A DNA stretch of 64,000 bases from Balanoglossus misakiensis. Its lineage: Eukaryota > Animalia > Hemichordata. Under the pieces are notes generated by a model, which was not told where the DNA came from, made no database searches, and was given only the letters and a program-made list of their open reading frames with translations. The stretch covers positions 9,537,918 through 9,601,917 of the forward strand of contig CM082595.2 of NCBI GenBank assembly GCA_040954595.2. Reading direction: 5' to 3'. This document shows, one piece after another, positions 1 to 12,529 of the stretch. Position numbers and translations under genes: made by a program. Position 1 is the stretch's first letter; each line of letters starts with the position of its first letter.

Positions 1-299
1 GTTCATAGAATCAGTGTTTATTAATACTTCAAAAAGGTATGTGACTTGAATGTGTGCAGTACATCATTGTGCTATGTGGTGTTAACACCATTGAATAGTG
101 CCATTACTTACAGCAATCTTACAGCAATGGCTTCAGTAAAACATTGAGTATGATTTGTGTGATTCCTGATACCCCTGTCTTGTCATTTGTGATGTTTTAC
201 TGTGTACTTTTTGAAATAAAGAAACTGGTGTGTTAGTTGAATATGTCAGTGAGTGAATGTGCAATTGGACAGTGTGTTGGCAGTTAGTGGAGATAAAAA

Positions 300-373
300 A
301 TCCTCATGGTGTAATGGTTAACACACTTGTCACTTTGTGATAAGAGATCCAGGTTCGATTCCTGGTGGGGATG
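300..373 (+). tRNA. tRNA-like cloverleaf (probable tRNA pseudogene or tRNA-derived SINE head); anticodon ambiguous
   Basis: Acceptor ATCCTCA/TGGGGAT; D arm GTGT-AATGGTTA-ACAC; T arm CCAGG-TTCGATT-CCTGG; A box TGGTGTAATGG and B box GGTTCGATTCC. The anticodon arm is over-paired (CTTGTCAC-TTT-GTGATAAG), so it is not canonical. Confidence 0.6.
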
Positions 374-540
374 ATGAAAAAAAGAGTCCATTAGCTGTGT
401 GTTTGAGTATGAGTGTAATATATGTATGTACGTATTTATGCATGTATGTAGCCAGCAAACACACAAAACATATTGTGTATATTCAATTCCATACAGTGTT
501 TGATAATAAATATGTTGCTGTTTTACAATTTGGCATTCAC

Positions 541-1260
541 TGCTGATAATTAGGTTTCCATAGATACAAGCGGAATGCAATAGAAGAGGGATAACCATAT
601 ACATGTATAGAAAAGGTAGGTTACCCCTTCCCCTATCATCCAAATACTACCACAGAGGGTGCTATACTATATGACCATCAACTGAGTATCATTCAAATAC
701 TCTGTGCACAGTGGGTAAATACACATTTGTTTTTAGGAGACTTTCATCAGTTGCAGTAAAATACAACATGACTACACTATATACACCAATGAGAATGGCC
801 ATGTAATTCAGAGAGTGCTTGATATTAAAACTGTATCATAGTTGTGGCCTTTACTGCTGATAATTAGTTTACCATAGATACAAGCCCAATGCAACAGGAC
901 AGGGATAAACATATGCAAAGACAAGATTAAACCCCACCTCCATAATCAAAATACTACCGCAGAGGGCGCTATACTATATGACCATCAACTGAGTATCATT
1001 CAAATACTCTGTGCACAGTGGGTAAAGACACATTTGTTTTTTAGGAGACTTTCATCAGTTGCAGTAAAATACAACGTGACTACACTATATACACCAATGA
1101 GAATGGCCGTGTAATTCAGAGAGTGCTTGATATTAAAACTGTTTCATAGTTGTGGCCTTTACTGCTGATAATAGGTTACCATAGATACAAGCCCAATGCA
1201 ACAGGACAGGGATAAACATATGCAAAGGCAAGATTAAACCCCACCTCTGTAATCAAAATA
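541..1260. repeat. ~308-bp tandem satellite, left part (about 2.3 units)
   Basis: ATACTACC(A/G)CAGAGGG(T/C)GCTATACTATATGACC recurs at 644 and 951; the next unit is broken at 1260. Confidence 0.9.
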
Positions 1261-1354
1261 ATAATAATAATAATAATAATTTATTTGTATAGTGTCAGTA
1301 TCCACAAAAATGTGATCAATGACGCTTAAAGCAAAAGTACAATACAACAAATGG

Positions 1355-1587
1355 CTAAAAAACAGATTTAAAAAGTAAAGTTTTAACATTTGATTTAAAA
1401 ACAGATAAGTCTGGTGCCTGGCGAATGGTAAGTGGAAGATTATTCCAAAGAATTGGAGCAGCAACAGTAAAAGCACGATCACCATAACTTTTGGTGCGTG
1501 ATCGAACAAGGCAGAGTTTGAACTGATCAGCTGACCTTAAATTGCGACACGGAACATATAGATTAGTCATGCTAGAAAGATAGATTG
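1355..1587 (-). pseudogene. C-terminal end of LINE ORF2
   Basis: RNLRS...TKSYGDRAFTVAAPILWNNLP...FKSNVKTLLF, the typical L2-type ORF2 C-terminus. Confidence 0.85.
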
Positions 1588-1832
1588 CGCCAGTGGGGAT
1601 GCAAGCCCAATTATCGATGAGTCGGAATCACAACCAGACACTTGGAAGTTGAGAACAATAACCAGTTTAATCGATACACTTCGTCGATCGATATATAAAC
1701 ATACATAGAGCAATGGCGGTCCAGCGGGGAGAGAGAGGACCGAGCATGCGCAAAAGGAACAAAAGTATAAACTAGTAACTACGAGTGAGGGCGTGCTACC
1801 GAACGCACTCCAGCAACACTAATGGAATGGCG
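1588..1832 (-). repeat. 3' LTR (245 bp)
   Basis: Direct repeat of 7168-7412 at a constant offset of 5580. Confidence 0.95.
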
Positions 1833-2059
1833 TAGCCACCTTCTCTTACATCCACTTCTCTTTCTGTCCATCGAGCAGGAAAAAAATTTGACACAGGAAA
1901 TGTGAGCATAAAATGCAAAGAAAAACATGAACATGCATGTTGACTGAGTCCTACAAAAGTCAAAAGCTGCAATGAAAGTGAGAACATGAAAGTCAATAAA
2001 TATAAATGGGAGTACTGGGGGCAACACTGTTCAGCACAAAAATATAAAGGTCTGAAACT

Positions 2060-5000
2060 CTAAAAGTTCACTTCATAGTCATCAAAGCGGGTGGGACGAC
2101 GGCGAGCGCGGGTGGATTTTCTTGTACCCTCAGTGGTGAGAGGTTGATCTGGTCGACTATCTTCAGCAGGAGCTGACATGTCAGTGGTTTCCATGGGGCT
2201 GCACACTGTGGGTTGGATATCACTGGTACTGGTGTCGCATTTGGTAGTAGTAGTATCGCAGACACCAGGTGTGGTACTTTGTATGTGATCTGACTTCCTG
2301 GGCGATGCGAGTTCCGAAGGAATGCTTGGGGGTTCAGGCACTGCGGTTGGTGGCCGACACGGTGTATCGTCATCAGATGAGTGCTCCTCGTTCGCTCCCT
2401 TCATGGGTATTGAGTGATCGGTCGCTGAAAATGGCACTAAGTAGCATTCTGACTGCTTGACGCGATACGAAGTCTTACGGAGTTGGTTTCCGCGGAACTT
2501 ACGGATACAACACCATGGCGGGTCGCTCTGGATGACCAAGTAGCGGTCTCGAGAACGGGATTTGTTGCGGTCTGAGTGTAGGTATACCAGGTCCCCAACT
2601 TCTAGCGACGGGGCTATTGGCATGCGTCTACTGGGAGTTTTGGAGGTCTCACTGGAGCGATGGTTGGCCTTGCGGAGGGCGTGTTGTGCAAGAATCAGCT
2701 GTTGGTCACTGATCGGTAACTGATCATGGGTAAACTGGTCTCTTTGAGTCCACATTTCACGGGAAGACAAACCTCTAGACCTGATGCGGGAGTTGACGTG
2801 TGAGAGGGCTATGGCCAGGGAGAGTGGTGTGATGGTAGAACACAGAGGGTCCTGGCGTAGGAGCTCGTCTTCAATTTCTTGAATAGCTCTACCTGCGACA
2901 GGGTTTTTGTTACGATTCTTGATGCGACCAATTTCAATGGTCAACCTGTGCTGACGAAGGAGGTCATCGTTGATGAGGGCTGCAAAGCCCGGAGCTGGGT
3001 CAGTACGGATAACAGCGTGTGGACCATCTAAAGGTCGAAGTTCAATGCAAAGTCTCACGAGGGCAACACGTAGGGTATCATGGCGTTCGTCCTCAATAAG
3101 ACAAGCTGACGTGAATGATGTGACGCATTCGCGGAGTACTAGGACTAATTGACGCTCACGCTTGATTATATCAGCAGCGAAGGAAATGCCGATGACTTCA
3201 GGCGGATCTGTAGTTGACTGTGTGACTATGGTATTGGGAACCTTGGTGAGTGAGGCGCAATGGTGGCATGTAGAGGAGACATGCTCGATGGATTTGTCCA
3301 AGTCCAGGGCGTAGAAGTAGCGATGTGTCACTTGCTTCAGTTGGTGGCATGATGGGTGACCTAGACGAATGTGAATGGCAGTCAGAAAGCCATCCAAAAC
3401 TTGTCGGGGAACTACGATGCGGTCACTAGGAGGGACAAAGGGATCCGTCCGGGAGACAACAAGCAACCCATCCTTGGCAATAGTTACGTTGTTCAGGTAG
3501 CGTTTTACATCCCTGATGTTGGTGAGCTTCTTTGATGGACGCGTTCCCTGAGTTAGGTGGGCGTGAGTACGACGCAAATCTGGACAGTCGGCTTGTATGC
3601 TGAGCCAAGTCGCCCTGTTGGTAAATGGTAGCTTTGCGTTACCGGAGATGACGTCCTGTACGGACAGGGATCTGACAACAGAATCTTCGGTACGTGCGAC
3701 GAATGTGCAGATTTGGCAAGTGGGAGAGTCACAATCTGGGGCATTACGACTGGCGAAGTCTGATGGGATGTTTTCGCTGCCAGCAAGATGTCTCACAGAG
3801 GCCTGGTACCGGCTCACGGTTGAGAGGAAGGTTGTTACTCGTGGGCTGGCGGAGAATTCGCCGCGGCACAACTTCTCATATGCTTGTACGCATGGTTTAC
3901 TGTCTGTGAGTATACATGGCTTGTGATGAGACTGTATAATATAAGGGCTAAAATGCTTGGTGGCAACTGCAATGGATAGAGCCTCAACCTCGCAGGGGAG
4001 CCAAGTGACCTGCCGACCACGAAGTTTGGCACTGAAGAATCCAGCAACGTGGAGTTTGTCATCTCGGGAGACATATAATGTAGCACCAATTCCGTTGTAC
4101 TTCACGGCACCATCTGTGATGATCCAAAGTTGGTCGGATGGGCGTGGCAAAGTGATCGATCGGCTTGTGGAAAGTGCAGACTGGGCAGTGTGGAAAGCCT
4201 CACGGAGCTTGTCAGTCCACTCAATACGGTCGCTAGACTGTTTCCCAGCGGCGGCATCTTCTAACGCTGTGAGGAGAAATGCGCAGCCTGGAATTACTCT
4301 AGCTAAGACCTTGTATGCACCTATGAAAGATCGAAGTCCACGAACATTCTCTGGTGTAGAGCATGAGGAAAGGGGTGCGATACGGTGTTTGCTGGCACTG
4401 ATTGTTCCTTGGTGCCAAATCCATCCCAGGATCATGGTAGTAGCTGGGCATATAGCCGTTTTGGCGGCAGAAAGGCATAATGCCAACGCATGTAATGCCT
4501 GTAGCAGACGTTTCCAGTTGGTCTTGAGCTCATGTATGGAATTACCACCACAGAATAAGTCGTCAGCTAGTTTAGCTACAACACCATCTGCAAGGAGATC
4601 ACCTAGGACGCGACACATGAGTTCTTCGAGGGCAGTTTCAGAACCGGGCATGCCCATAGCACATCGTGTGTAGACGCGTATGCCTCGGAACGGAGTAGCT
4701 ACGCCGCAATATTTCAGGGACGTCCTTGAAAGCGGTATTTGGTAGAAGGCCTTGGTGAGGTCTGTGGTAATTATGTATTTCCACTGCGCGATGTGGCGAA
4801 GAGTACCATCCACATCTGGTAATACAGACGGCTGGGGTTTGCTATAGCGACCCACGTCAGCGAAGGCAGTGACTAGTCTAGAGCCACCGTTGGCTTTTTT
4901 TACCAGGAATGAGGTGTTTATGTATTCGACGCTAACACTCAGGTCTTCTGGTCGGGCGAATACACCCATTTCTTCCAACTCATCGAACTTGGCCTGTAGT

Positions 5001-7006
5001 TCCAACAGCTTGTCATGTGGATAGAAGGGGAGGCGCCCCTTTCGCTGTGGTGGTTGCACAGGGCCCATATTGACAACTGCTTCGAAGGGACCCGACGCAC
5101 CGTTGTAGCCCTTGACGGTAGGGTTGAAAACGTCATCAAACTCTTGGTGAAGAGAGCGGAAAGCTGTACGGTCTGCTTGTGATAGGAGATTGTCAGGGTC
5201 AAGCTTAATGTCATTTGAGTAGTTGCCGACAGTGGTTGGAGACTTGGTGGGGAGAGTCTTCGTGGTGGAACTGCTGTGATCTATGACTGGGGTGAAGGTG
5301 GCGCGTACTTGGCAAAAGTGTTCGTTGCGCTGAAGTGTTTGTGGACTGTCAGATAAGTTGGGAATGCGAAGTTTTCCAGCTACACTTGTCAACAGGTCTG
5401 GTGCTGGCCATGTGTTGTTAGGCGTGAACATCTTGTTAGGACGTGTGTCTGATCTAGGTTCGACTGCGTACGTCGTGTCAGTGGCCTGGAGTTCTGGTGG
5501 TAACTCTACCTCGATGAAGTCACCTGGCCAAATGGTAGAAGACACGGGAGGGGCCCTGAGTACATGGGTCCTGCGGATGCTGTGGCTGGTTGCTGGTGTT
5601 GACCCGTAGGTGTATGTCGTACCGTCACCGATCATGATTTGGCACTTGGCTGGGCGGACACTGATGTCATTTAGCTCCATAAAGGGAGTCCCTGCCAATA
5701 AGTCGACATCCAGGTTTTCCACAACTAGGCCCTCGAATATGAAGTTGATGTTGTCGCGTGTCAATTGGAATCTAGTTTCGCCTACAACTTTCAAGGGGGA
5801 AGAGCCATCGGCCTGATGTGCGGATTGGGAACTGGATTTTATTGGTACATTCAGTCGTCTGGCTAAAGACAGGCGCATCATGTTACCAGTGGCACCACTG
5901 TCGATAATCGCGCGGACGGTTTGGTAACCATAGAAAGTATCCAGGTATGGTGACTGGCGGACCTGAATTCGTAGGGCGGTGTTGGTAGTGCTTGAGTCTT
6001 GTTGTGAGAGTTCATCACTTGGAAGACAGTCATCTTCATCACTGTTAATGTCGAATATGTTAGCAACCTGTCGTGCTTTGGTCATGAACCGGCGATCTTG
6101 GTCTGGTAGGAACTCACACTCACTTAGAAAATGCTGAGCCGGTCTGCCGGCTTGCTTGCACAGGGGACAGGAGCGATATGTTTTACGGCTTCTCTGTCTT
6201 GCTTTGGGCGGACCAGTAGAGCGAGTGGGAAAGTTGTCCTTATAACGAGTGGTGTTGTGGTAGTTGGCTGCGGCGGTGCGCATGACAGTGGCGTCTTCTG
6301 TAGTGTGTATCTCATCCAGGAGAGAAGATAATGCCTGTGAAATTTCTGGCTTTACGGAGGCTAATGTACGGGTGCGTAACTCCGTGCCGTACCGTTGTTT
6401 AACAAGTCTCGGGAGATCTTTATGTATTAGCTGCAACCAGGTTAAGACCACAAAATTTTCCAAAGATGGGGAAAGCTCTTCATCCTCGGTAATGGCATCG
6501 CCGTGGTGGGATATACCGCTATCACGACGGAGTAGGTTGTCCTCAATGAATGCGGTGAGGCGTTGGTAGAGGTCTTCAGGACGCTCATCGGGCTGAAGGT
6601 GGATTTGGCAAAAATCGATGAAATGAGCGCCAGTAGACTGGAAACCATAATGTAAACGAATTACCTGCCAAATACTGTCTATGGATGTCGAGTTCTTGAC
6701 AATAGTACTGCGGGCTATAACGGGGCAGTAGTTGGCTATTTGGCCCAACATAAGCTCCAGAGCATTAACCTTCTGCTGGGCTGTAAGGCGTTTGTTTGCG
6801 CTGATGTCCTCACCGTCGTTGGTAAACCCTCTCAGTGGACTAGACTTCGTTTTCTTTGTCCATTGTGCGCCCTCAGCGAGGAAAGGTTCAAAATTAGCAT
6901 CAAGTGATAACGTATATCTGAGGTTTTGGCGCCAATTCTCGAAGGAATTAATAGTCTCTGATTTACTGAGACACCATTGCTTGGGTGCCCGCTGGAATGA
7001 TGCCAT
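2060..7006 (-). CDS. Gag-Pol polyprotein (Gag with Cys/His knuckle, aspartic protease, RT, RNase H, integrase)
   Basis: [18 protein letters not shown]; IDSGA; DLTKAFYQI...MGMPGS...LADDL; TDGA/CEVE/TDSKP/SDFASR; HIRLGH..CHHC; [12 protein letters not shown]. Uninterrupted 1648 aa. Confidence 0.95.
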   Translation of the reverse strand: MASFQRAPKQWCLSKSETINSFENWRQNLRYTLSLDANFEPFLAEGAQWTKKTKSSPLRGFTNDGEDISANKRLTAQQKVNALELMLGQIANYCPVIARSTIVKNSTSIDSIWQVIRLHYGFQSTGAHFIDFCQIHLQPDERPEDLYQRLTAFIEDNLLRRDSGISHHGDAITEDEELSPSLENFVVLTWLQLIHKDLPRLVKQRYGTELRTRTLASVKPEISQALSSLLDEIHTTEDATVMRTAAANYHNTTRYKDNFPTRSTGPPKARQRSRKTYRSCPLCKQAGRPAQHFLSECEFLPDQDRRFMTKARQVANIFDINSDEDDCLPSDELSQQDSSTTNTALRIQVRQSPYLDTFYGYQTVRAIIDSGATGNMMRLSLARRLNVPIKSSSQSAHQADGSSPLKVVGETRFQLTRDNINFIFEGLVVENLDVDLLAGTPFMELNDISVRPAKCQIMIGDGTTYTYGSTPATSHSIRRTHVLRAPPVSSTIWPGDFIEVELPPELQATDTTYAVEPRSDTRPNKMFTPNNTWPAPDLLTSVAGKLRIPNLSDSPQTLQRNEHFCQVRATFTPVIDHSSSTTKTLPTKSPTTVGNYSNDIKLDPDNLLSQADRTAFRSLHQEFDDVFNPTVKGYNGASGPFEAVVNMGPVQPPQRKGRLPFYPHDKLLELQAKFDELEEMGVFARPEDLSVSVEYINTSFLVKKANGGSRLVTAFADVGRYSKPQPSVLPDVDGTLRHIAQWKYIITTDLTKAFYQIPLSRTSLKYCGVATPFRGIRVYTRCAMGMPGSETALEELMCRVLGDLLADGVVAKLADDLFCGGNSIHELKTNWKRLLQALHALALCLSAAKTAICPATTMILGWIWHQGTISASKHRIAPLSSCSTPENVRGLRSFIGAYKVLARVIPGCAFLLTALEDAAAGKQSSDRIEWTDKLREAFHTAQSALSTSRSITLPRPSDQLWIITDGAVKYNGIGATLYVSRDDKLHVAGFFSAKLRGRQVTWLPCEVEALSIAVATKHFSPYIIQSHHKPCILTDSKPCVQAYEKLCRGEFSASPRVTTFLSTVSRYQASVRHLAGSENIPSDFASRNAPDCDSPTCQICTFVARTEDSVVRSLSVQDVISGNAKLPFTNRATWLSIQADCPDLRRTHAHLTQGTRPSKKLTNIRDVKRYLNNVTIAKDGLLVVSRTDPFVPPSDRIVVPRQVLDGFLTAIHIRLGHPSCHQLKQVTHRYFYALDLDKSIEHVSSTCHHCASLTKVPNTIVTQSTTDPPEVIGISFAADIIKRERQLVLVLRECVTSFTSACLIEDERHDTLRVALVRLCIELRPLDGPHAVIRTDPAPGFAALINDDLLRQHRLTIEIGRIKNRNKNPVAGRAIQEIEDELLRQDPLCSTITPLSLAIALSHVNSRIRSRGLSSREMWTQRDQFTHDQLPISDQQLILAQHALRKANHRSSETSKTPSRRMPIAPSLEVGDLVYLHSDRNKSRSRDRYLVIQSDPPWCCIRKFRGNQLRKTSYRVKQSECYLVPFSATDHSIPMKGANEEHSSDDDTPCRPPTAVPEPPSIPSELASPRKSDHIQSTTPGVCDTTTTKCDTSTSDIQPTVCSPMETTDMSAPAEDSRPDQPLTTEGTRKSTRARRRPTRFDDYEVNF

Positions 7007-7156
7007 GATGTACTCTGGTAATGACTACAACTTCTGTGCTATCCAGTTAATGTATACTGACCGGTTGTACACTATGTGTGTGTGTCCGACAACTTGTTGA
7101 CCAGGCAATATATGGCGACGACTGTTATGTCTTCAGGAGGCGTGTAGATTCGAAAT

Positions 7157-7167
7157 CGCTGCCACCA
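7157..7167 (-). promoter_or_regulatory. Primer binding site, tRNA-Leu type
   Basis: TGGTGGCAGCG abuts the 5' LTR and is complementary to the 3' end ...CGCUGCCA-CCA of metazoan tRNA-Leu. Confidence 0.75.
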
Positions 7168-7412
7168 CGCCAGTGGGGATGCAAGCCCAATTATCGATGA
7201 GTCGGAATCACAACCAGACACTTGGAAGTTGAGAACAATAACCAGTTTAATCGATACACTTCGTCGATCGATATATAAACATACATAGAGCAATGGCGGT
7301 CCAGCGGGGAGAGAGAGGACCGAGCATGCGCAAAAGGAACAAAAGTATAAACTAGTAACTACGAGTGAGGGCGTGCTACCGAACGCACTCCAGCAACACT
7401 AATGGAATGGCG
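7168..7412 (-). repeat. 5' LTR (245 bp)
   Basis: Direct repeat of 1588-1832, followed by the PBS. Confidence 0.95.
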
Positions 7413-8231
7413 TTGGACCAAGTTTATGAATGGATTTAAAAATGAGAACTAACATCTTAAAAACAATACGCTGTGTAACAGGTAGCCAGTGCAACTGATA
7501 CAAAATTGGAGTGATGTGACAGGTGATTTTTGAATGAGTAACAATTCTAGCAGCAATATTCTGAACGCGTTGGATACGGTTGATTGAATACTTCGGGAGC
7601 CAAAATAAAAGTGAATTACATGAATCAATTCGAGAAGTAATGAATGCATGAACTAATTGCTCTGTAGCAGAATGAGATAAATATTTGCGGATAAGCGCAA
7701 TGCGACGTAAATGAAAAGTGGCAGAGCGGCAGATCTGTCCAATATGTGGCTTCATTGTCAGACAAGAGTCAAGGATCACACCAAGGCTCTTAGCCTGACA
7801 ATGGACAGGAATCAGAGAATCGCCAACACGAATTTCTGAAATCCCTCTAGCAGACAGATCACCTGAAATACCAAAGAAAATAACAAATTCAGTCTTATCA
7901 TCGTATAAGCACAAGAAGTTTTCAGACATCCAAAACCTAACATCGGATATACAAAGTTCAAGATTTGAAACAGTTCTTGCTGCGTTGTCTTTACTAAAAG
8001 ACATATAAAGTGAAGAGTCATCTGCATAAAAACTATAAAGACAACCATGACTTTGAACTAATTCACCAAATGGAGACGGGTACATATTGAAAAGTATGGG
8101 ACCAAGAACTGATCCCTGTGGTACCCCAGTGTCGAGCCGATAGAAAGGTGATTGGGTGGAATTTACAAGTACACACTGACTACGATTGGAAAGGTATGAC
8201 TTAAACCACATGAGAACAGTATCTGAGAGAC
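7413..8231 (-). pseudogene. LINE reverse transcriptase fragment
   Basis: ORF 7399-8211 carries non-LTR RT motifs WFKSYLSNRSQ, PQGSVLGP and YADD. Confidence 0.9.
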
Positions 8232-9580
8232 CAAAATACTACCACAGAGAGTGCTATACTATATGACCATCAACTCAGTATCATTCAAATACTCTGTGCA
8301 CAGTGGGTAAACACACATTTGGTTTTTTAGGAGACTTTCATCAGTTGTAGTAAAATACAACGTGACTACACTATATACACCAATGAGAATCGCCATGTAA
8401 TTCAGAGAGTGCTTGATATTAAAACTGTTTCATAGTTGTGGCCTTTACTGCTGATAATTAGGTTACCATAGATACAAGCCCAAGGCAACATGACAGGGAT
8501 AAACATATGCAAAGACAAGATTAAACCCCACCTCCATAATCAAAATACTACCACAGAGGGCGCTATACTATATGACCATCAACTGAGTATCATTCAAATA
8601 CTCTGTGCACAGTGGGTAAAGACTTATTTGTTTTTTTAGGAGACTTTCATCAGTTGCAGTAAAATACAACATGACTACACTATATACACCAATGAGAATG
8701 GCCATGTAATTCAGAGAGTGCTTGATATTAAAACTGTATCATAGTTGTGGCCTTTACTGCTGATAATTAGGTTACCATAGATACAAGCCCAATGCAACAT
8801 GACAGGGATAAACATATGCAAAGACAAGATTAAACCCCACCTCCATAATCAAAATACTACCACAGAGGGCGCTATACTATATGACCATCAACTGAGTATC
8901 ATTCAAATACTCTGTGCACAGTGGGTAAAGACACATTTGGTTTTTTAGGAGACTTTCATCAGTTGTAGTAAAATACAACGTGACTACACTATATACACCA
9001 ATGAGAATGGCCATGTAATTCAGAGAGTGCTTGATATTAAAACTGTTTCATAGTTGTGGCCTTTACTGCTGATAATTAGGTTACCATAGATACAAGCCCA
9101 ATGCAACATGACAGGGATAAACATATGCAAAGACAAGATTTAACCCCACCTCCATAATCAAAATACTACCACAGAGGGCGCTATACTATATGACCATCAA
9201 CTGAGTATCCTTCAAATACTCTGTGCACAGTGGGTAAAGACACATTTGGTTTTTTAGGAGACTTTCACCAGTTGCAGTAAAATACAACGTGACTACACTA
9301 TATGCACCAATGAGAATGGCCGTGTAATTCAGAGTGCTTGATATTAAAACTGTTTCAAAGCTGTGGCCTTTACTGCTGATAATTAGGTTACCATAGATAC
9401 AAGTGGAATGGAACCGGACAGGGATAAAAATACAAAGGCTAGGTTAACCCCCCCCCCCAATACTACCACAGAGGGCGCTATACTGATCATCAAGTCTGTA
9501 CCATTGAAATAAATCTGTGCAGAGTGGGTAAATTAGGCATTTGGTTCTTCAGATTTTCATAAGTTGCACTAAAATGCTAT
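8232..9580. repeat. ~308-bp tandem satellite, right part (4 units plus a degenerate end)
   Basis: Unit anchor ATACTACCAC at 8236, 8545, 8854, 9163 and 9460. Confidence 0.92.
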
Positions 9581-11134
9581 GTGGCCCACTACAAGGACAA
9601 ATAAGTCAAAAATGGCAAATTTGACGTTTACTTTGAGGTTGGCATGGGGCAAACGAGACAATACAAGAACACTGAAACTCAATTAGTGAAACACTAAAGT
9701 TGTACTTTATTTCTCTAACAAACTTAGAGAAAATTTACATGGCCATCTTTTTACTCAGAGACCTGATGTTGAATAGAAATGTGGTAGTGCAGGTCCACAT
9801 GAGTGCCGTGTACTAGCCTCTCTCTCTGCAAATCCATCCACAACTTGCATGCAGATAGTGGGAGTCTGATGTAAGCAACTACTGCAGTTACAGTCAGGAC
9901 GTAAGTGGGATAATTAAACAGCAGGGGATCATGCAATGCAAACACTTGAACTGGCCAGTAACGTTTGAATTGCTCATTTGCATACAGTTTTTCAACTTTT
10001 TTCACAACGAAAGTTAAGCAACTAGCAACCCATTTCTGACAATTATTTCACCCCAGGCACATTACTGGTACTATGAGTGTACTACATGTGATTTTTCATG
10101 AAGTTTTATCGAGAAGAATTTCTTTACTTCCACTGACAAAATTGTGATCTCGAAATTCAAAGTGACCTTGAAGTTACAAAAAAAAATATCAGCCATACCC
10201 TCACAAAAATTAACCCCCTCAGGTTTTAGAAACATTATTAAACTCCTCTATTCATAATTTTGACATGAATATATCCATGCCGAGAGTCAAGGACCACAAT
10301 TTACTGTGCCATAGGTCAGTCCTGAGAAGTCAGTCAGCGTGAATAGTGTATAGACTCCTTATGTAATATGCTAATGAGAGATAACGACGCGTTGAAAAGG
10401 AAGCCATTACGTCATGGGTTAACATGCGTTGACCTACTTCAATGCATACACATATGGCAAACACGGCTGTACTCGTCGATGGCGAAGGCAATTTTTACAC
10501 CGTCATTACTCCACAACGGAGCGGCTCACACTATTATAATTTCACGGTAACTTAGTTCAATATCTTCCTAACCTACCCAATTTTTTTCAAGACAAGAAAT
10601 CTTTGCCGAGAGTCAAGGACCACAATTTAAACCAACATACCGAAACTGTCTTTCTCGGGAAAGCGTCGTTAAAACTTCACGAAAAATCATCCTATCATTG
10701 ACTATGGTGTTTCATACACGTCTTAGAAAAATGGGTGCACTACGATCACTTGTAGTACCGAAAATCTCCGTTTGAAAATTTTTCGAACTGGCCGTAACTG
10801 CCACTCAGCGACTTTCACATTCAAATAGATCTCTTTGATCTCACCGCCGTAATTACCCCACTTTCGTCCTGACTGGTTAATACTTACAAAGTGTATTACC
10901 TCCAACACCCCATGGACGGTATCATGTCATCACCAGTAGCTATAGGTTCTTTTAACACCTTGAGAGAAAAAAATGGATTGTTACTGATAGATTACAAAGC
11001 ACTGACAATACAAGAGGGGGAGGGGTAAGGTTTGTTGAGAGCAGTTGTTTTTTGCTAAACATTAGTGAAAATATGAAATTATTGACATGTAGGATTTCAA
11101 TTTTATGATGTAAGAGTATTTTATAATATCTCAC

Positions 11135-11306
11135 CGGGACTTCAGTTGTCGCTGTAGTATTTAACCCAAGTTTAACTGTGCCACCCACGTCCATGCATGG
11201 CAAGGTTTTCTCTCCCAAAAGTTTCAGTTTGGTATCCCAGTTACCATCAGTTGCACTTACTCCACGCCTTCTAAGTTGAATGCGATTTACCATCACAGGA
11301 TTCATA
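11135..11306 (-). pseudogene. Degenerate inverted paralog of exon 13217-13423
   Basis: CACAG|TATGAA acceptor and CCG|GTGAGA donor; peptide ATDGNWDTKLKLLGEKTLPCMDVGGTVKLG..NTTATTEV matches the + strand exon. Confidence 0.6.
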
Positions 11307-11714
11307 CTGTGGTGCAAAGACAATTAAAAACATCGATTGTAAGTCATTTAGTAGTGATACCATTGTGACCAAACCTCGTTTTAAAATACATGTAATCTGT
11401 ACTCGAAACTATCATTTTTTTCTTTCTAGAATATTAGAACGCGCTCAAAAATAAAAATGCGACCTGTAAGCGAGTGCCGCGTTTCAATTGGTACTGACGA
11501 TAAACACCGCCACTCGGAGATAAAATCAACGTTTTTTTTTTAATGCAAGTGAACGCATGGAGGCGGCCATACTGAATTTAGGTTACATCCCAAGACATTC
11601 CGACTGGGCTTCAGGTGGATTCGGGAAAGGTCTCTAAAACATAATCGGTCATCCAATTTTGTATACTAAATTTCTAAAAATGTAGGACATGGGAGGTTAA
11701 CATACCCACAATGA

Positions 11715-12087
11715 CAGCCAAGGCGTGGCAGTGAAATTGTGCCTCATTGAGGATACAGTCTAGATCCGGAATTCAGCCAACGGCAAACTGTTTAGCGTGC
11801 CTTGTATGCAGCAGGATGGCAACGTTCTGGAACTTAAATTCTGGAAAGAAAATCCGAAATAGCTGAACAGATAACAGAAGAGAGAATACATACAGCTCCG
11901 CAACTTTTCCACTGGAAGATATAATACCATTTGCCTCTATGATAGAGCAAAGGTATGTTATAATCGCACCCCGAAACTTATGGGCCTTTTTTTTGACGTA
12001 GTCATTTTGGGTATCTTAACCTCCCATCTTCTACATTTTTAGAAATTTACTCTACAAAATTGAATGACCCATTACATTTTAGAGACT
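11715..12087 (+). pseudogene. Degraded direct copy of exon and intron 12565-12937
   Basis: Near-identical sequence with stops (AAATAG, GATAA) and small indels. Confidence 0.8.
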
Positions 12088-12529
12088 CTAACTCCTGATT
12101 GGCCTATAAACTTATTTCTTTCATCAACACTTTCTAACCGTTAACCTGCTGTACCTCCGCATGTCTCCACAAGAGCTAGGAGCTCAGAATCGGATGAACG
12201 AGACAAGCGGTCTCTCACGTTTAGTAACCGTAACACCGTTAAAGGTAGGATTTCATTGATTCTAATAAGTCTCCGTTCATCAACATTTCAAAAATTCTCC
12301 ATAACCCAGTAGTTGCCACTGTGCTTCAATGAAATATTTCCTTTCAAACTTGCAAATGGTAACCGAATCTCAAATCGCAAATCTTTCCATTTTTAATAAC
12401 GAAGTCGGATGCCGCAATCACCAACTCACTTTTTTATCGGACTCCATCATTCTAATACTTTACTTCAATTGTCAAAAATTGTGTAAAACAATATCCACTC
12501 TCAATCTATATTTCAGGTTTAACGGCGTT

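Larger units (their letters stand above)
1588..7412 (-). mobile_element. Full-length Gypsy-like LTR retrotransposon with CG..CG termini and 3-bp TSD (Troyka-like)
   Basis: LTRs 1588-1832 and 7168-7412 are identical by eye, with termini CGCCA..TGGCG. TTG flanks both sides (1585-1587, 7413-7415). PBS TGGTGGCAGCG; purine tract AAGAGAAGGTGG before the 3' LTR; single 1648-aa ORF. Confidence 0.93.
1261..8231 (-). mobile_element. 5'-truncated L2/CR1-group LINE inserted in the satellite and split by an LTR element
   Basis: RT ORF 7399-8211 (GVPQGSVLGP, YADD, HAFITSRIDSCNSLL) resumes below 1587 as ...KLGP/IYLSSMTNLYVPCRNLRS. (ATT)n tail at 1261-1280. CAAAATA is duplicated at 1254-1260 and 8232-8238 (TSD). 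Confidence 0.88.

Noticed and set aside
3597-6569. Plus-strand ORFs (e.g. 3957-4673, 238 aa) opposite the LTR polyprotein
   Set aside because: Antisense shadows of a long coding frame; no recognisable motifs.
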